Below are positions 1 to 7,068 of a stretch of DNA of 50,639 nt, piece after piece. Position numbers and translations under genes: made by a program. The notes beneath the pieces were generated by a model. That model was given only the letters and a program-made list of their open reading frames with translations, made no database searches and was not told where the DNA came from. The DNA is from a virus (taxonomy: Duplodnaviria; Caudoviricetes). The DNA is taken from the IMG/VR virus record IMGVR_UViG_3300037424_002715, positions 1 to 50,639 of that record, one strand, 5' to 3'. Numbering within the stretch: the first letter of the stretch is position 1; each line of letters starts with the position of its first letter.

Positions 1-317
1 ACTACCACAGTGGTATCCTTCTCAGCATGGGTGGAGGTGGTGACCACAGGGCGTGTAATACGCTCATAGTGCCAACTCTCATGCTCAGGAGCAGCGTAGC
101 CTGCACCAACCTCACAGTGCGAGCTATTCTGACCTCTGGGATAGAAGTCCCCAATAGCCTTATCAGCGATGCAGTCAGATCCTGCGAAGTAGCGCACAGG
201 TGACACTGATTCAGCACCCACAGCGGGGAAGCGAGTGATACTGAAGAAGGCAATCACGACAACAGCCAATACTACGAGTATGGCTTCGAACAAATAGGAC
301 TTGCGTTGAGTATTCAT
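1..317 (-). CDS. Hypothetical membrane-anchored/secreted protein, truncated by the window edge
   Basis: Read manually: ATG at 317 with AGAAAGGT RBS; MNTQRKSYLFEAILVVLAVVVIAFFSITRFPAVGAES... stays open to position 1; N-terminal hydrophobic helix. The track ORF 2..253 is a different frame. Confidence 0.7.
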   Translation of the reverse strand, partial: MNTQRKSYLFEAILVVLAVVVIAFFSITRFPAVGAESVSPVRYFAGSDCIADKAIGDFYPRGQNSSHCEVGAGYAAPEHESWHYERITRPVVTTSTHAEKDTTVV

Positions 318-428
318 GACGAATACCTTTCTCCCACTAAGGTAGGGAACACCATATAGGATTACCGGCTTTGCACCGGCACAGGGCTTGCCCCCAGGCC
401 CTTCTCAGGTTATTGCGCCTGATACGCA

Positions 429-539
429 TTAGAACAATTTGCCAAAGACATAATCAATGGCAACTGCCAAAGCAGGAACAAGTCCGAACTTGGCGCAAAC
501 AGTAACAATGGCGAATACAACAGCGGTGAGCTTGATCAT
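429..539 (-). CDS. 36-aa hydrophobic small protein
   Basis: AAGGAG RBS 7 nt before ATG; MIKLTAVVFAIVTVCAKFGLVPALAVAIDYVFGKLF*; below the ORF-track size cutoff. Confidence 0.6.
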   Translation of the reverse strand: MIKLTAVVFAIVTVCAKFGLVPALAVAIDYVFGKLF

Positions 540-567
540 GGGATTTCTCCTTGCGTCCGCAGACGCG

Positions 568-610
568 ACACATCCCACTACCCTCCACCCGGGGGGTACA
601 TGGGATGTGT
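568..610. repeat. Long imperfect hairpin in the divergent intergenic region
   Basis: ACACATCCCA (568-577) pairs with TGGGATGTGT (601-610); inner TACCCTCC/GGGGGGTA stem. Confidence 0.7.
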
Positions 611-697
611 ATATATGTATATAGCGAGACCCGTCAGTTCAGACAGACATCTCTCTCTATACTATCTTAGGCTACACCTCACCGCTGGTGATTTGGG

Positions 698-706
698 TGG
701 TATATT
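698..706 (+). promoter_or_regulatory. Putative extended -10 promoter for the rightward arm
   Basis: TG-G-TATATT just upstream of the CAGGAG RBS and ATG 725. Confidence 0.35.
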
Positions 707-724
707 CTCCTTCAGGAGAATGAT

Positions 725-1075
725 ATGACCGACTATTTATTGGCTGGACATAAATGCAAGAAGATTGCTTCCATGAAGATGGGAGCGGATAGGGATTGGT
801 GGTTGGGGAAATTGTTGGAACCAATCAATGGATATCCCACAGAAACGCATTGTTTGCATATTAGGACGCCTGAAAAAGAAGTGGTTCTTGGAGTAAATCA
901 GGGAGACATGGAACAACTAGCGGTTTTGTGTCAGATTGTGTGTGGTCCTATCAATCCAACCTGGTTGAACACAATGGAGGGTCATTTGAAGAGTCGCGCA
1001 AACAATGAGCATGTTCGGTTTATTCCCAAAAAGCTGGATGATGATTCCTGGGGTATCAAAATGGAGCCTAAATAA
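725..1075 (+). CDS. Hypothetical protein
   Basis: 116-aa ORF with AGGAG RBS. Confidence 0.7.
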   Translation: MTDYLLAGHKCKKIASMKMGADRDWWLGKLLEPINGYPTETHCLHIRTPEKEVVLGVNQGDMEQLAVLCQIVCGPINPTWLNTMEGHLKSRANNEHVRFIPKKLDDDSWGIKMEPK

Positions 1076-1160
1076 TATAGAGAGACAGGCTCTCCTGCTC
1101 CGAAAGGGATGTTTGGAGATTGACGGAATGGGGATCCGTGTGCCTGTCTCTCTGTCTATA
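1076..1160 (+). ncRNA. Candidate structured RNA element (three-way junction)
   Basis: P1 AGAGAGACAGGC/GCCTGTCTCTCT (12 bp); P2 TCTCC/GGAGA capped by CC-GAAA-GG; P3 ACGGA/TCCGT; intergenic. Confidence 0.4.
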
Positions 1161-1298
1161 TAATCGTTGTGGAAAGGGAAAACCGGAAATGGAATTTCGG
1201 CGGGAAAAGCGATTGTGCTGGAAATTTTTGGGGGTATACTAGGAGAAATTGGGCCGGGAGTGGTTCCTGGTCATCGTCATTATCAAAAAGGAGACAAG

Positions 1299-1559
1299 AT
1301 GGACAAGATCACGATTCATGTGGTGCCGCTCACGGTTTCACAGCCTCCAGTAGAGGAATACAAGCTGGCGGATACCACGGGTGTTCTGCACGATGATGGA
1401 ACGCCAACCGATGCACCGGTGACGTATGCTACGGTGGACGCGGCGCTGGATGCTGGTGAGGCGCTGTTTGCTGTTGGTGAGTTTTATAACCAGCAGAAGA
1501 TCACGGCCATTACCCGGATTGGCGATGAACGGCTGGAGCTGACAGTCGGAGAAGGATAA
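1299..1559 (+). CDS. Hypothetical protein
   Basis: AAGGAG RBS before ATG 1299 (MDKITIHVV...), a better start than the track's 1167. Confidence 0.7.
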   Translation: MDKITIHVVPLTVSQPPVEEYKLADTTGVLHDDGTPTDAPVTYATVDAALDAGEALFAVGEFYNQQKITAITRIGDERLELTVGEG

Positions 1560-1701
1560 GAAAGCTGTAAAAGCAACGAGAGAGTGAAGAGAGATGCCAA
1601 TCCCATCTCTCTTTTGTTTTGTGGGAAATGGGTGTATATTGTGGATATGGAACCAGCTCCTGTTTTCCTATCCATACCAATCCATAACTACGAGGTGATG
1701 T

Positions 1702-2250
1702 ATGTCGAATACTGGACTCACGGAAGAAAAAGGATCCATCAACACCGACCGGGAATTATTTCGGGAGGATCTGCACGATCCCATGGATCCAAGCAACCAT
1801 TATTCTCCGAGCATTCATGTCACCATCGATGGCAGGATCGGTATAGACGTGGGCGGGAGTGTAATCGTCATGTCCATCCAGGAATGGCATAAACTGGGCA
1901 GTGAGGATGCCATAAGCTATATTCCACGCAGAATACGATTGGACCGGATGACCAAGGAAGAACTGGCTATCTATAATATGGTGGGGGATATTGAAAACCT
2001 GGGTGCCCATCCTCTTCTCACAGACGTTGTTGTATTGCTCCAGCAGGCCCGTGACAAATTGGCAGACTGGGTAGAAGAACCAGCATCTGTAGAAACTTCC
2101 ACCTTCTCAAAGGAGTTGGAAAACCTAATTAATAAACACGGCAAGGAAAACAGGAGCAATACTCCCGACTTTCTTCTTGCTGAATTTCTGGAAAACTGTT
2201 TGCAGGTATATAACCATATTGTTACCAAACGGGACAACTGGAATAAATAG
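1702..2250 (+). CDS. Hypothetical phage protein (apparent fusion of small modules)
   Basis: GAGGTG RBS; IPRRIRLDR..AHPLLTD and ENRSNTPDFLLAEFL segments resemble small phage hypotheticals (recalled, unverified). Confidence 0.7.
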   Translation: MSNTGLTEEKGSINTDRELFREDLHDPMDPSNHYSPSIHVTIDGRIGIDVGGSVIVMSIQEWHKLGSEDAISYIPRRIRLDRMTKEELAIYNMVGDIENLGAHPLLTDVVVLLQQARDKLADWVEEPASVETSTFSKELENLINKHGKENRSNTPDFLLAEFLENCLQVYNHIVTKRDNWNK

Positions 2251-2262
2251 AACAAATGTTCA
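2249..2262. promoter_or_regulatory. Putative LexA (SOS/Cheo-type) box
   Basis: AGAAC-AAAT-GTTCA at a gene junction; matches GAAC-N4-GTTC. Confidence 0.5.
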
Positions 2263-2286
2263 TACGTGTAGATGAAAGGTAATGGA

Positions 2287-2538
2287 ATGAAACCAATCGC
2301 TTTTCCCGAACAAACCAAAGTTTTGCAAAAACCTTCCACGATGACAGATGAAGAATGCAGTCCTTTGCCAGTCTATAATGATGGACAGCAGTCCATTTCC
2401 TGCTGGTCTCCAACCTGGAAGGAAAGGTTGTCCATCCTATTCTTTGGCAGGGTCTGGTTGTGGGTAATCATGGGACCAACACAGCCACCGGTCGCCCTGG
2501 AGGGGGCAAAAACCATTTTCAAGAAGGAAAAAGAATGA
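2287..2538 (+). CDS. Phage hypothetical protein
   Basis: AAAGGT RBS; MKPIAFPEQ...ISCWSPTWKERLSILFFGRVWLWV. Confidence 0.75.
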   Translation: MKPIAFPEQTKVLQKPSTMTDEECSPLPVYNDGQQSISCWSPTWKERLSILFFGRVWLWVIMGPTQPPVALEGAKTIFKKEKE

Positions 2539-2672
2539 AAAATATCATTGGCTGGATACTTTATCCATTTTTGATGCTGGCGGCATTGATCATTTTCCTG
2601 CCTGTATATATCTGGTGGCGGAACCATGAAATGAAGATCCTGGTACGGCGGATATTTGGGAGCCTGACATGA
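2535..2672 (+). CDS. Small single-TM membrane protein
   Basis: ATGA overlaps at both ends; hydrophobic helix. Confidence 0.6.
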   Translation: MKNIIGWILYPFLMLAALIIFLPVYIWWRNHEMKILVRRIFGSLT

Positions 2673-3040
2673 ATTACGCTGAAGCGCGGCAACGCATGGG
2701 CGATAACGGTCTACCTTCCGGACTCTGGGATTGGACTTCCAAGAACGATGAGGTTATTCATGCGGCTGGTCCCTGTGCTGCAAGAACCTGCGAACACCAC
2801 TCCAAAGAAGAGGCGGAACGTCATTACTATGACTGGTCGCTGGAAAAAGTGAAGGAATTCTCTCTGGAGAGACAACAAGTGCCTTGTGAGGTCTGTGGAG
2901 AATGGACACAAAAAGGATTACATGCTCCCGGATATAATACTTATGGCTTCGAAGCCTTATTGTGTGATAGGCATCGTAACAAGGAGGAATTGATCAAATT
3001 GAGGCCATTCACACCGGGAATTCAAAGTATTCACTCCTAA
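2669..3040 (+). CDS. Hypothetical Cys/His-rich (possible Zn-binding) protein
   Basis: CEVCG...LCDRH; ATGA coupling to upstream gene. Confidence 0.7.
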   Translation: MNYAEARQRMGDNGLPSGLWDWTSKNDEVIHAAGPCAARTCEHHSKEEAERHYYDWSLEKVKEFSLERQQVPCEVCGEWTQKGLHAPGYNTYGFEALLCDRHRNKEELIKLRPFTPGIQSIHS

Positions 3041-3066
3041 ATAGAACAACTGTTCTATTTAGGAGT
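3033..3066. promoter_or_regulatory. 16-bp-arm inverted repeat centred on a perfect AGAAC-N4-GTTCT (LexA-type) box at 3043-3056
   Basis: ACTCCTAAATAGAACA-AC-TGTTCTATTTAGGAGT. Confidence 0.6.
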
Positions 3067-3094
3067 TCGGCGGCTCTTGAAAGGAAAATTATTT

Positions 3095-3391
3095 ATGGCA
3101 ATAAACCATGATCCTAATAGTGAAGATTTCAAAATGAGAGTGAAAGCCTATATTATGTTCTTTCGCAATATAGGTATCGAAAAGGCTGCTGAGTTCTGTG
3201 TCCACCAGGATGCAACCATAGAAGGCTTGCAGGCGAACAATGATTCTTTTGTGGTGGCATATCATGAAGCCGCCGAACACACGCTTGCAGTCGGACGGGC
3301 GGGTACGTGGATGCAACCCTGTGCTCATGGTTACAATGGGATTTGCCCTGTCTGCGATGCTATGCAAACACCGCCCGCCGCTAAAGCGTAA
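3095..3391 (+). CDS. Hypothetical protein
   Basis: AAGGA RBS; C-terminal CAHG..CPVCD. Confidence 0.6.
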   Translation: MAINHDPNSEDFKMRVKAYIMFFRNIGIEKAAEFCVHQDATIEGLQANNDSFVVAYHEAAEHTLAVGRAGTWMQPCAHGYNGICPVCDAMQTPPAAKA

Positions 3392-3407
3392 TCCGTACAA
3401 TGCACTC

Positions 3408-3605
3408 ATGATCCTTGATATTTATCATATTTACCCGCTCAACGATCTCAAAGAGCACCTGATAGACGGCCCGGAAGCGGCTTTGGGAAAATGTGAGTGT
3501 AAACCGGTCTTGAAAGAGGGTGGGTTGTTGATCGTTCACAATTCCTTCGATGGGCGTGAGATCCTGGAACAATGGGAAGCGGAAAAGGAAAGGCAGATCC
3601 AATGA
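3408..3605 (+). CDS. Small phage protein (H-x-x-P..DL..H, CxC, HNSFDGRE)
   Basis: Metal-binding-like motif pattern; stop overlaps next ATG. Confidence 0.65.
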   Translation: MILDIYHIYPLNDLKEHLIDGPEAALGKCECKPVLKEGGLLIVHNSFDGREILEQWEAEKERQIQ

Positions 3606-3862
3606 GCATGATGGCCGGCAGAGGTAATCTATATCTGGATGGGGAATTGGTCAAAGATCCATGGACAGTGGAACTAAGTAACGATCAGCGCAGAAAATCG
3701 GAACTGTACATCCATACCCGAATACGTCCCATCAAAGTCTGGGTAATCATGGACACCCACTATAGCCGAAAAGTCATTATCAAAGGCACTGGGAAAAAGA
3801 AAACCAGAACATATCAGCATGAGTACACAATCCTCTATAAATGCTATACCAAAAAACCATAG
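3602..3862 (+). CDS. Basic hypothetical protein
   Basis: ATGA overlap with upstream ORF. Confidence 0.5.
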   Translation: MSMMAGRGNLYLDGELVKDPWTVELSNDQRRKSELYIHTRIRPIKVWVIMDTHYSRKVIIKGTGKKKTRTYQHEYTILYKCYTKKP

Positions 3863-3870
3863 GATCGAAA

Positions 3871-4887
3871 ATGACACACATTGACTTCTTTGCCACCCAG
3901 TCTCACTATGTTGATCACATGGCTCCCATCTGGAAGGAACTTGGATCCACAGGGTTCTTTTTTGTACCTTCCAACTTGGAAAAACACATGAGTAAATTGT
4001 GGATCCAGCCCTTTCTTCTGGCAGGTGCGGATGCCTATCGGGTCTTCAAGGAAGATACGCCGATCCTGGTCGCGTCCTATGCCGATCTACAGACCGTGTA
4101 CCTGACCAATCGCCACAAACCCATCATTTATATGGAACATGGAGTCGGGATCGTTTATCCAGGATCCAATTACTATGCCGGGAATGTAGGCATGCGCCGC
4201 TTTCCTGTTTTGACCCTGGCACCCAATGAGATTGTTCATCGATTGACAGCCAAAGCCATTCCCGGCATGAAGCAGGCAATCATCGGCACACCCAAACTTG
4301 ATCAGTTTGCCAGTTCCCCCGCCAGCTCACACACCATCCCCAGAAATGCCGTGGTCTGCATGTCCTTTCACTGGGATGGAAAACAGGTTTCTCCCGAAGC
4401 CGGAACAAGCTGGCCTTATTACAAAGGCATCATTCCCGAGCTTCATAAAAGACTGAAACAGGAAAGGGATATCAATCTGATCCTGCATGGACACCCGCGT
4501 ATTCAGGATGAGATCCGGACTTTTGCCGAAACGCACAATGTCCAGTTTATTGCCGACTTCGAAGAGATCATGAAAACGGCTCAACTGTACATCTGTGACA
4601 ATTCCAGCACGATCTATGAGTTCCTGGTTACCGGCTATCCCGTGATCCTGCTCAACAATCCGGCCTACCGGCGTAATATAGACTTCGGCATCCGTTTCTG
4701 GCAATACACGGATATTGGAACACAGGTGGATGTACCCTCCCAACTCTTTATAGAAACGATCATGGCCCTGGATTATGCGGATAAATACAGGTATGCCCGA
4801 AAAAAGGCTGTTGAGTATCTATTTCCTCACCTGGGAAGCAGCACCGCGGTTGCCATCGATGCCATTCACCAGCATTTCCAGAAATGA
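3871..4887 (+). CDS. GT-B fold glycosyltransferase / CDP-glycerol glycerophosphotransferase-like protein
   Basis: MEHG, IGTPKLD, HGHPR and ICDNSSTIYEF...PVILLN motifs typical of TagF-like GT-B enzymes. Confidence 0.7.
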   Translation: MTHIDFFATQSHYVDHMAPIWKELGSTGFFFVPSNLEKHMSKLWIQPFLLAGADAYRVFKEDTPILVASYADLQTVYLTNRHKPIIYMEHGVGIVYPGSNYYAGNVGMRRFPVLTLAPNEIVHRLTAKAIPGMKQAIIGTPKLDQFASSPASSHTIPRNAVVCMSFHWDGKQVSPEAGTSWPYYKGIIPELHKRLKQERDINLILHGHPRIQDEIRTFAETHNVQFIADFEEIMKTAQLYICDNSSTIYEFLVTGYPVILLNNPAYRRNIDFGIRFWQYTDIGTQVDVPSQLFIETIMALDYADKYRYARKKAVEYLFPHLGSSTAVAIDAIHQHFQK

Positions 4888-5672
4888 GACTTGTTACTGT
4901 GGCAGATGACAGGCACGGGCGCAAGGGAGGCGCTTATGAAGCCACGCAACGCAGGATCCGGACCCTTTTAGGTGACTGGATCTCTCAACGGCACTATACC
5001 TTCGCAGATTTCAAGGATTGTGACAGCCTGATGAAAAACAAGGATGCTGCCAGGAACGGAAGAGTCTATAAACCCTGGACAATCCTTCACGAACTTGAAA
5101 GAATGCAGGATGGGGAATTTCTGATCTACAATGATTGCTCTCCAGAACTATGGCCGGATACAATCGACCTTTCCCAATACGATCTATCCGTCATTGAGGA
5201 ACTGACCTGTCAAAACGATAATGTTCTGGTGGGTTTTGTGAAATGGGACCGCAGACATTTGGGGAAAGATGATCTTGGCATCCATACACACCATTTTTTC
5301 ACGCTGGATAGCTGTCTCGAACTGATGCACGCAGAGAAACTCCGCCATTCCTTTTTATGCGCTTCCGGAATGATCTGCATCCGTAAAACAGAAATCACCA
5401 CCGGGCTGGTTCGGGACTGGCTATTTTGGAACCGCATACCCGCATGCTCCTGCATGCGCGCCAACGAACACGAGGACAGCTATTTCGATCCGGGAAAGAA
5501 CAGCAAGTTCGGGAACCGGCATGATCAGAGCGTTTTGTCAGTGTTGCTCAATCAGGCAAACTGGTCCTACTGTGATATTGTCTATAATGACATGAATCCT
5601 TATAATTTCCTCAATTACTGTCTGCCTGGGCACGAATACAACTTCATTCCATCCAACAGGAGTACAACATGA
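4884..5672 (+). CDS. Putative GT-A glycosyltransferase (nucleotide-diphospho-sugar transferase-like)
   Basis: YKPW..LIYND and NRHDQSVLSVLL motifs. Confidence 0.65.
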   Translation: MRLVTVADDRHGRKGGAYEATQRRIRTLLGDWISQRHYTFADFKDCDSLMKNKDAARNGRVYKPWTILHELERMQDGEFLIYNDCSPELWPDTIDLSQYDLSVIEELTCQNDNVLVGFVKWDRRHLGKDDLGIHTHHFFTLDSCLELMHAEKLRHSFLCASGMICIRKTEITTGLVRDWLFWNRIPACSCMRANEHEDSYFDPGKNSKFGNRHDQSVLSVLLNQANWSYCDIVYNDMNPYNFLNYCLPGHEYNFIPSNRSTT

Positions 5673-6241
5673 TCCAATCAACCGGCAAGTTGCTTGACTA
5701 CAGGGACTTTCGTGATTTCAGCGATGTCTTTATCGAAACTGGAAGCGGACACGGAGCTGGTATCCAGCGCGCACTGGATGCTGGATTTCTGGAAGTTGCC
5801 AGTATTGAGGCCCAAGTTGCAAATTACTTTATCTGTGTAGGAAGATTTGCCAAAATTCCAAATGTAAATATTTTTTCAGGAAGATCTACGGATATCCTTC
5901 ATGATGTTTTGAAGCATTATGATAAGAGAAATGTGATCTTTCTGGATGCCCATCCCTCCGGGCCAGCAAGTTTTGGACACGAGGAAGTTATCCACAATAA
6001 CATGGATTTTTCGCAGGATACCATCATTCGCGAGGAGCTGGATATTATTTTGCAAACTAGGACTCATCTGATCATTATCGATGATGTCAATGGAACGGCA
6101 GATGGACTGGCTGAACAATATGCGGAAATCGTCAGGGAACGCAGACCTCTGGCAGGTTATAAGTTCTTTTTCTATGATGAAAACCTGAACAACAAGCAGT
6201 TTTACAAGGACAAACTGCTTGTCTGCATTCCGGAAGGATAA
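5669..6241 (+). CDS. Class I SAM-dependent methyltransferase-like protein
   Basis: DVFIETGSGHG, ASIE, GRS, FLDAH, IIIDD pattern. Confidence 0.75.
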   Translation: MIQSTGKLLDYRDFRDFSDVFIETGSGHGAGIQRALDAGFLEVASIEAQVANYFICVGRFAKIPNVNIFSGRSTDILHDVLKHYDKRNVIFLDAHPSGPASFGHEEVIHNNMDFSQDTIIREELDIILQTRTHLIIIDDVNGTADGLAEQYAEIVRERRPLAGYKFFFYDENLNNKQFYKDKLLVCIPEG

Positions 6242-6243
6242 TC

Positions 6244-6861
6244 ATGGAATTTATAGTTTCTTCCGGAATGCCCAGGTCTGCCTCCACCTTGCTGTACAAT
6301 ATCCTGCGTGAAATATTGATTGCTCGCCATACACAAGCCTGTGTGAGCGCGGTATGGGACGAAGACCCAAATTTCCAGGTCAACACCAAGGTTCTTCTCG
6401 TAAAAACACATGTGTTGAGGAAAATCCACCTTCAGAAAGCCACACACATCTTTTATTCCTTCCGAGATGTGCGTGTTTCGCTGCTTTCGAACTTCCGCAT
6501 GTTCGGAGAGGAACCATCCATTGCTTTTGTAAGGAAATACATCCATGAATGGCAAAAGGCGCAGGAATATGCAGATATGTCCTTTCCTTATGACACGCTC
6601 ACCAAACAAACAGCATCGGTCATTGAACGGATTGCCTTTTATCTACAAATTCCTGTTATTGTAGAATCAATCCTCAGCCATATCGAAAGTTATTCCCATT
6701 CTGCCTCGAAAATCCCTCCACCGACAGAGACAATGCTGCATCCAAATCACAGAACGTTCACAAATGATGAGGAATGGAAAACACAACTCGATCTGTCACT
6801 GCAAAAACAGATCCACCGGGAATTCTCCTGGTGGTTCCATGAAAATGGATACCCAATATGA
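6244..6861 (+). CDS. Sulfotransferase-like protein (PAPS-binding P-loop)
   Basis: SGMPRSASTLLYN 5'-PSB loop; VKTH; YSFRDVRVSLLS 3'-PB motif. Confidence 0.75.
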   Translation: MEFIVSSGMPRSASTLLYNILREILIARHTQACVSAVWDEDPNFQVNTKVLLVKTHVLRKIHLQKATHIFYSFRDVRVSLLSNFRMFGEEPSIAFVRKYIHEWQKAQEYADMSFPYDTLTKQTASVIERIAFYLQIPVIVESILSHIESYSHSASKIPPPTETMLHPNHRTFTNDEEWKTQLDLSLQKQIHREFSWWFHENGYPI

Positions 6862-6896
6862 TCATATCCTTCTCGCAACTGGGGAAACATAAATGA
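6858..6896 (+). pseudogene. Orphaned original 5' end of the GT11 gene (MIISFSQLGKHK*)
   Basis: Peptide repeats the current N-terminus LIISFSSLGKH encoded at 7058. Confidence 0.8.
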
Positions 6897-7068
6897 AAAT
6901 ACCAATCGTAGGAATTTACAAAATAACAAAAAACGAGTTATCAATATAATCACTGGAGAAATATATCAATCCGTTACTTACGCTGCCAAAAGTTTAGGAA
7001 TACAACGAATGACTTTGAGCAAGCAACTTGCTAATGGAAGAAACAAGGAGTTACAAATTGATTATTAG
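6893..7068 (+). pseudogene. Internally deleted GIY-YIG/NUMOD1 homing endonuclease remnant
   Basis: MKIPIVGIYKIT (GIY motif), then in another frame KKRVINIITGEIYQSVTYAAKSLGIQRMTLSKQLANG (NUMOD1/IENR1-like); AT-rich. Confidence 0.75.

Noticed and set aside
2-253. Track ORF 2..253 (-)
   Set aside because: Shadow frame; the overlapping frame from ATG 317 has an RBS and a signal-like N-terminus and runs off the window.
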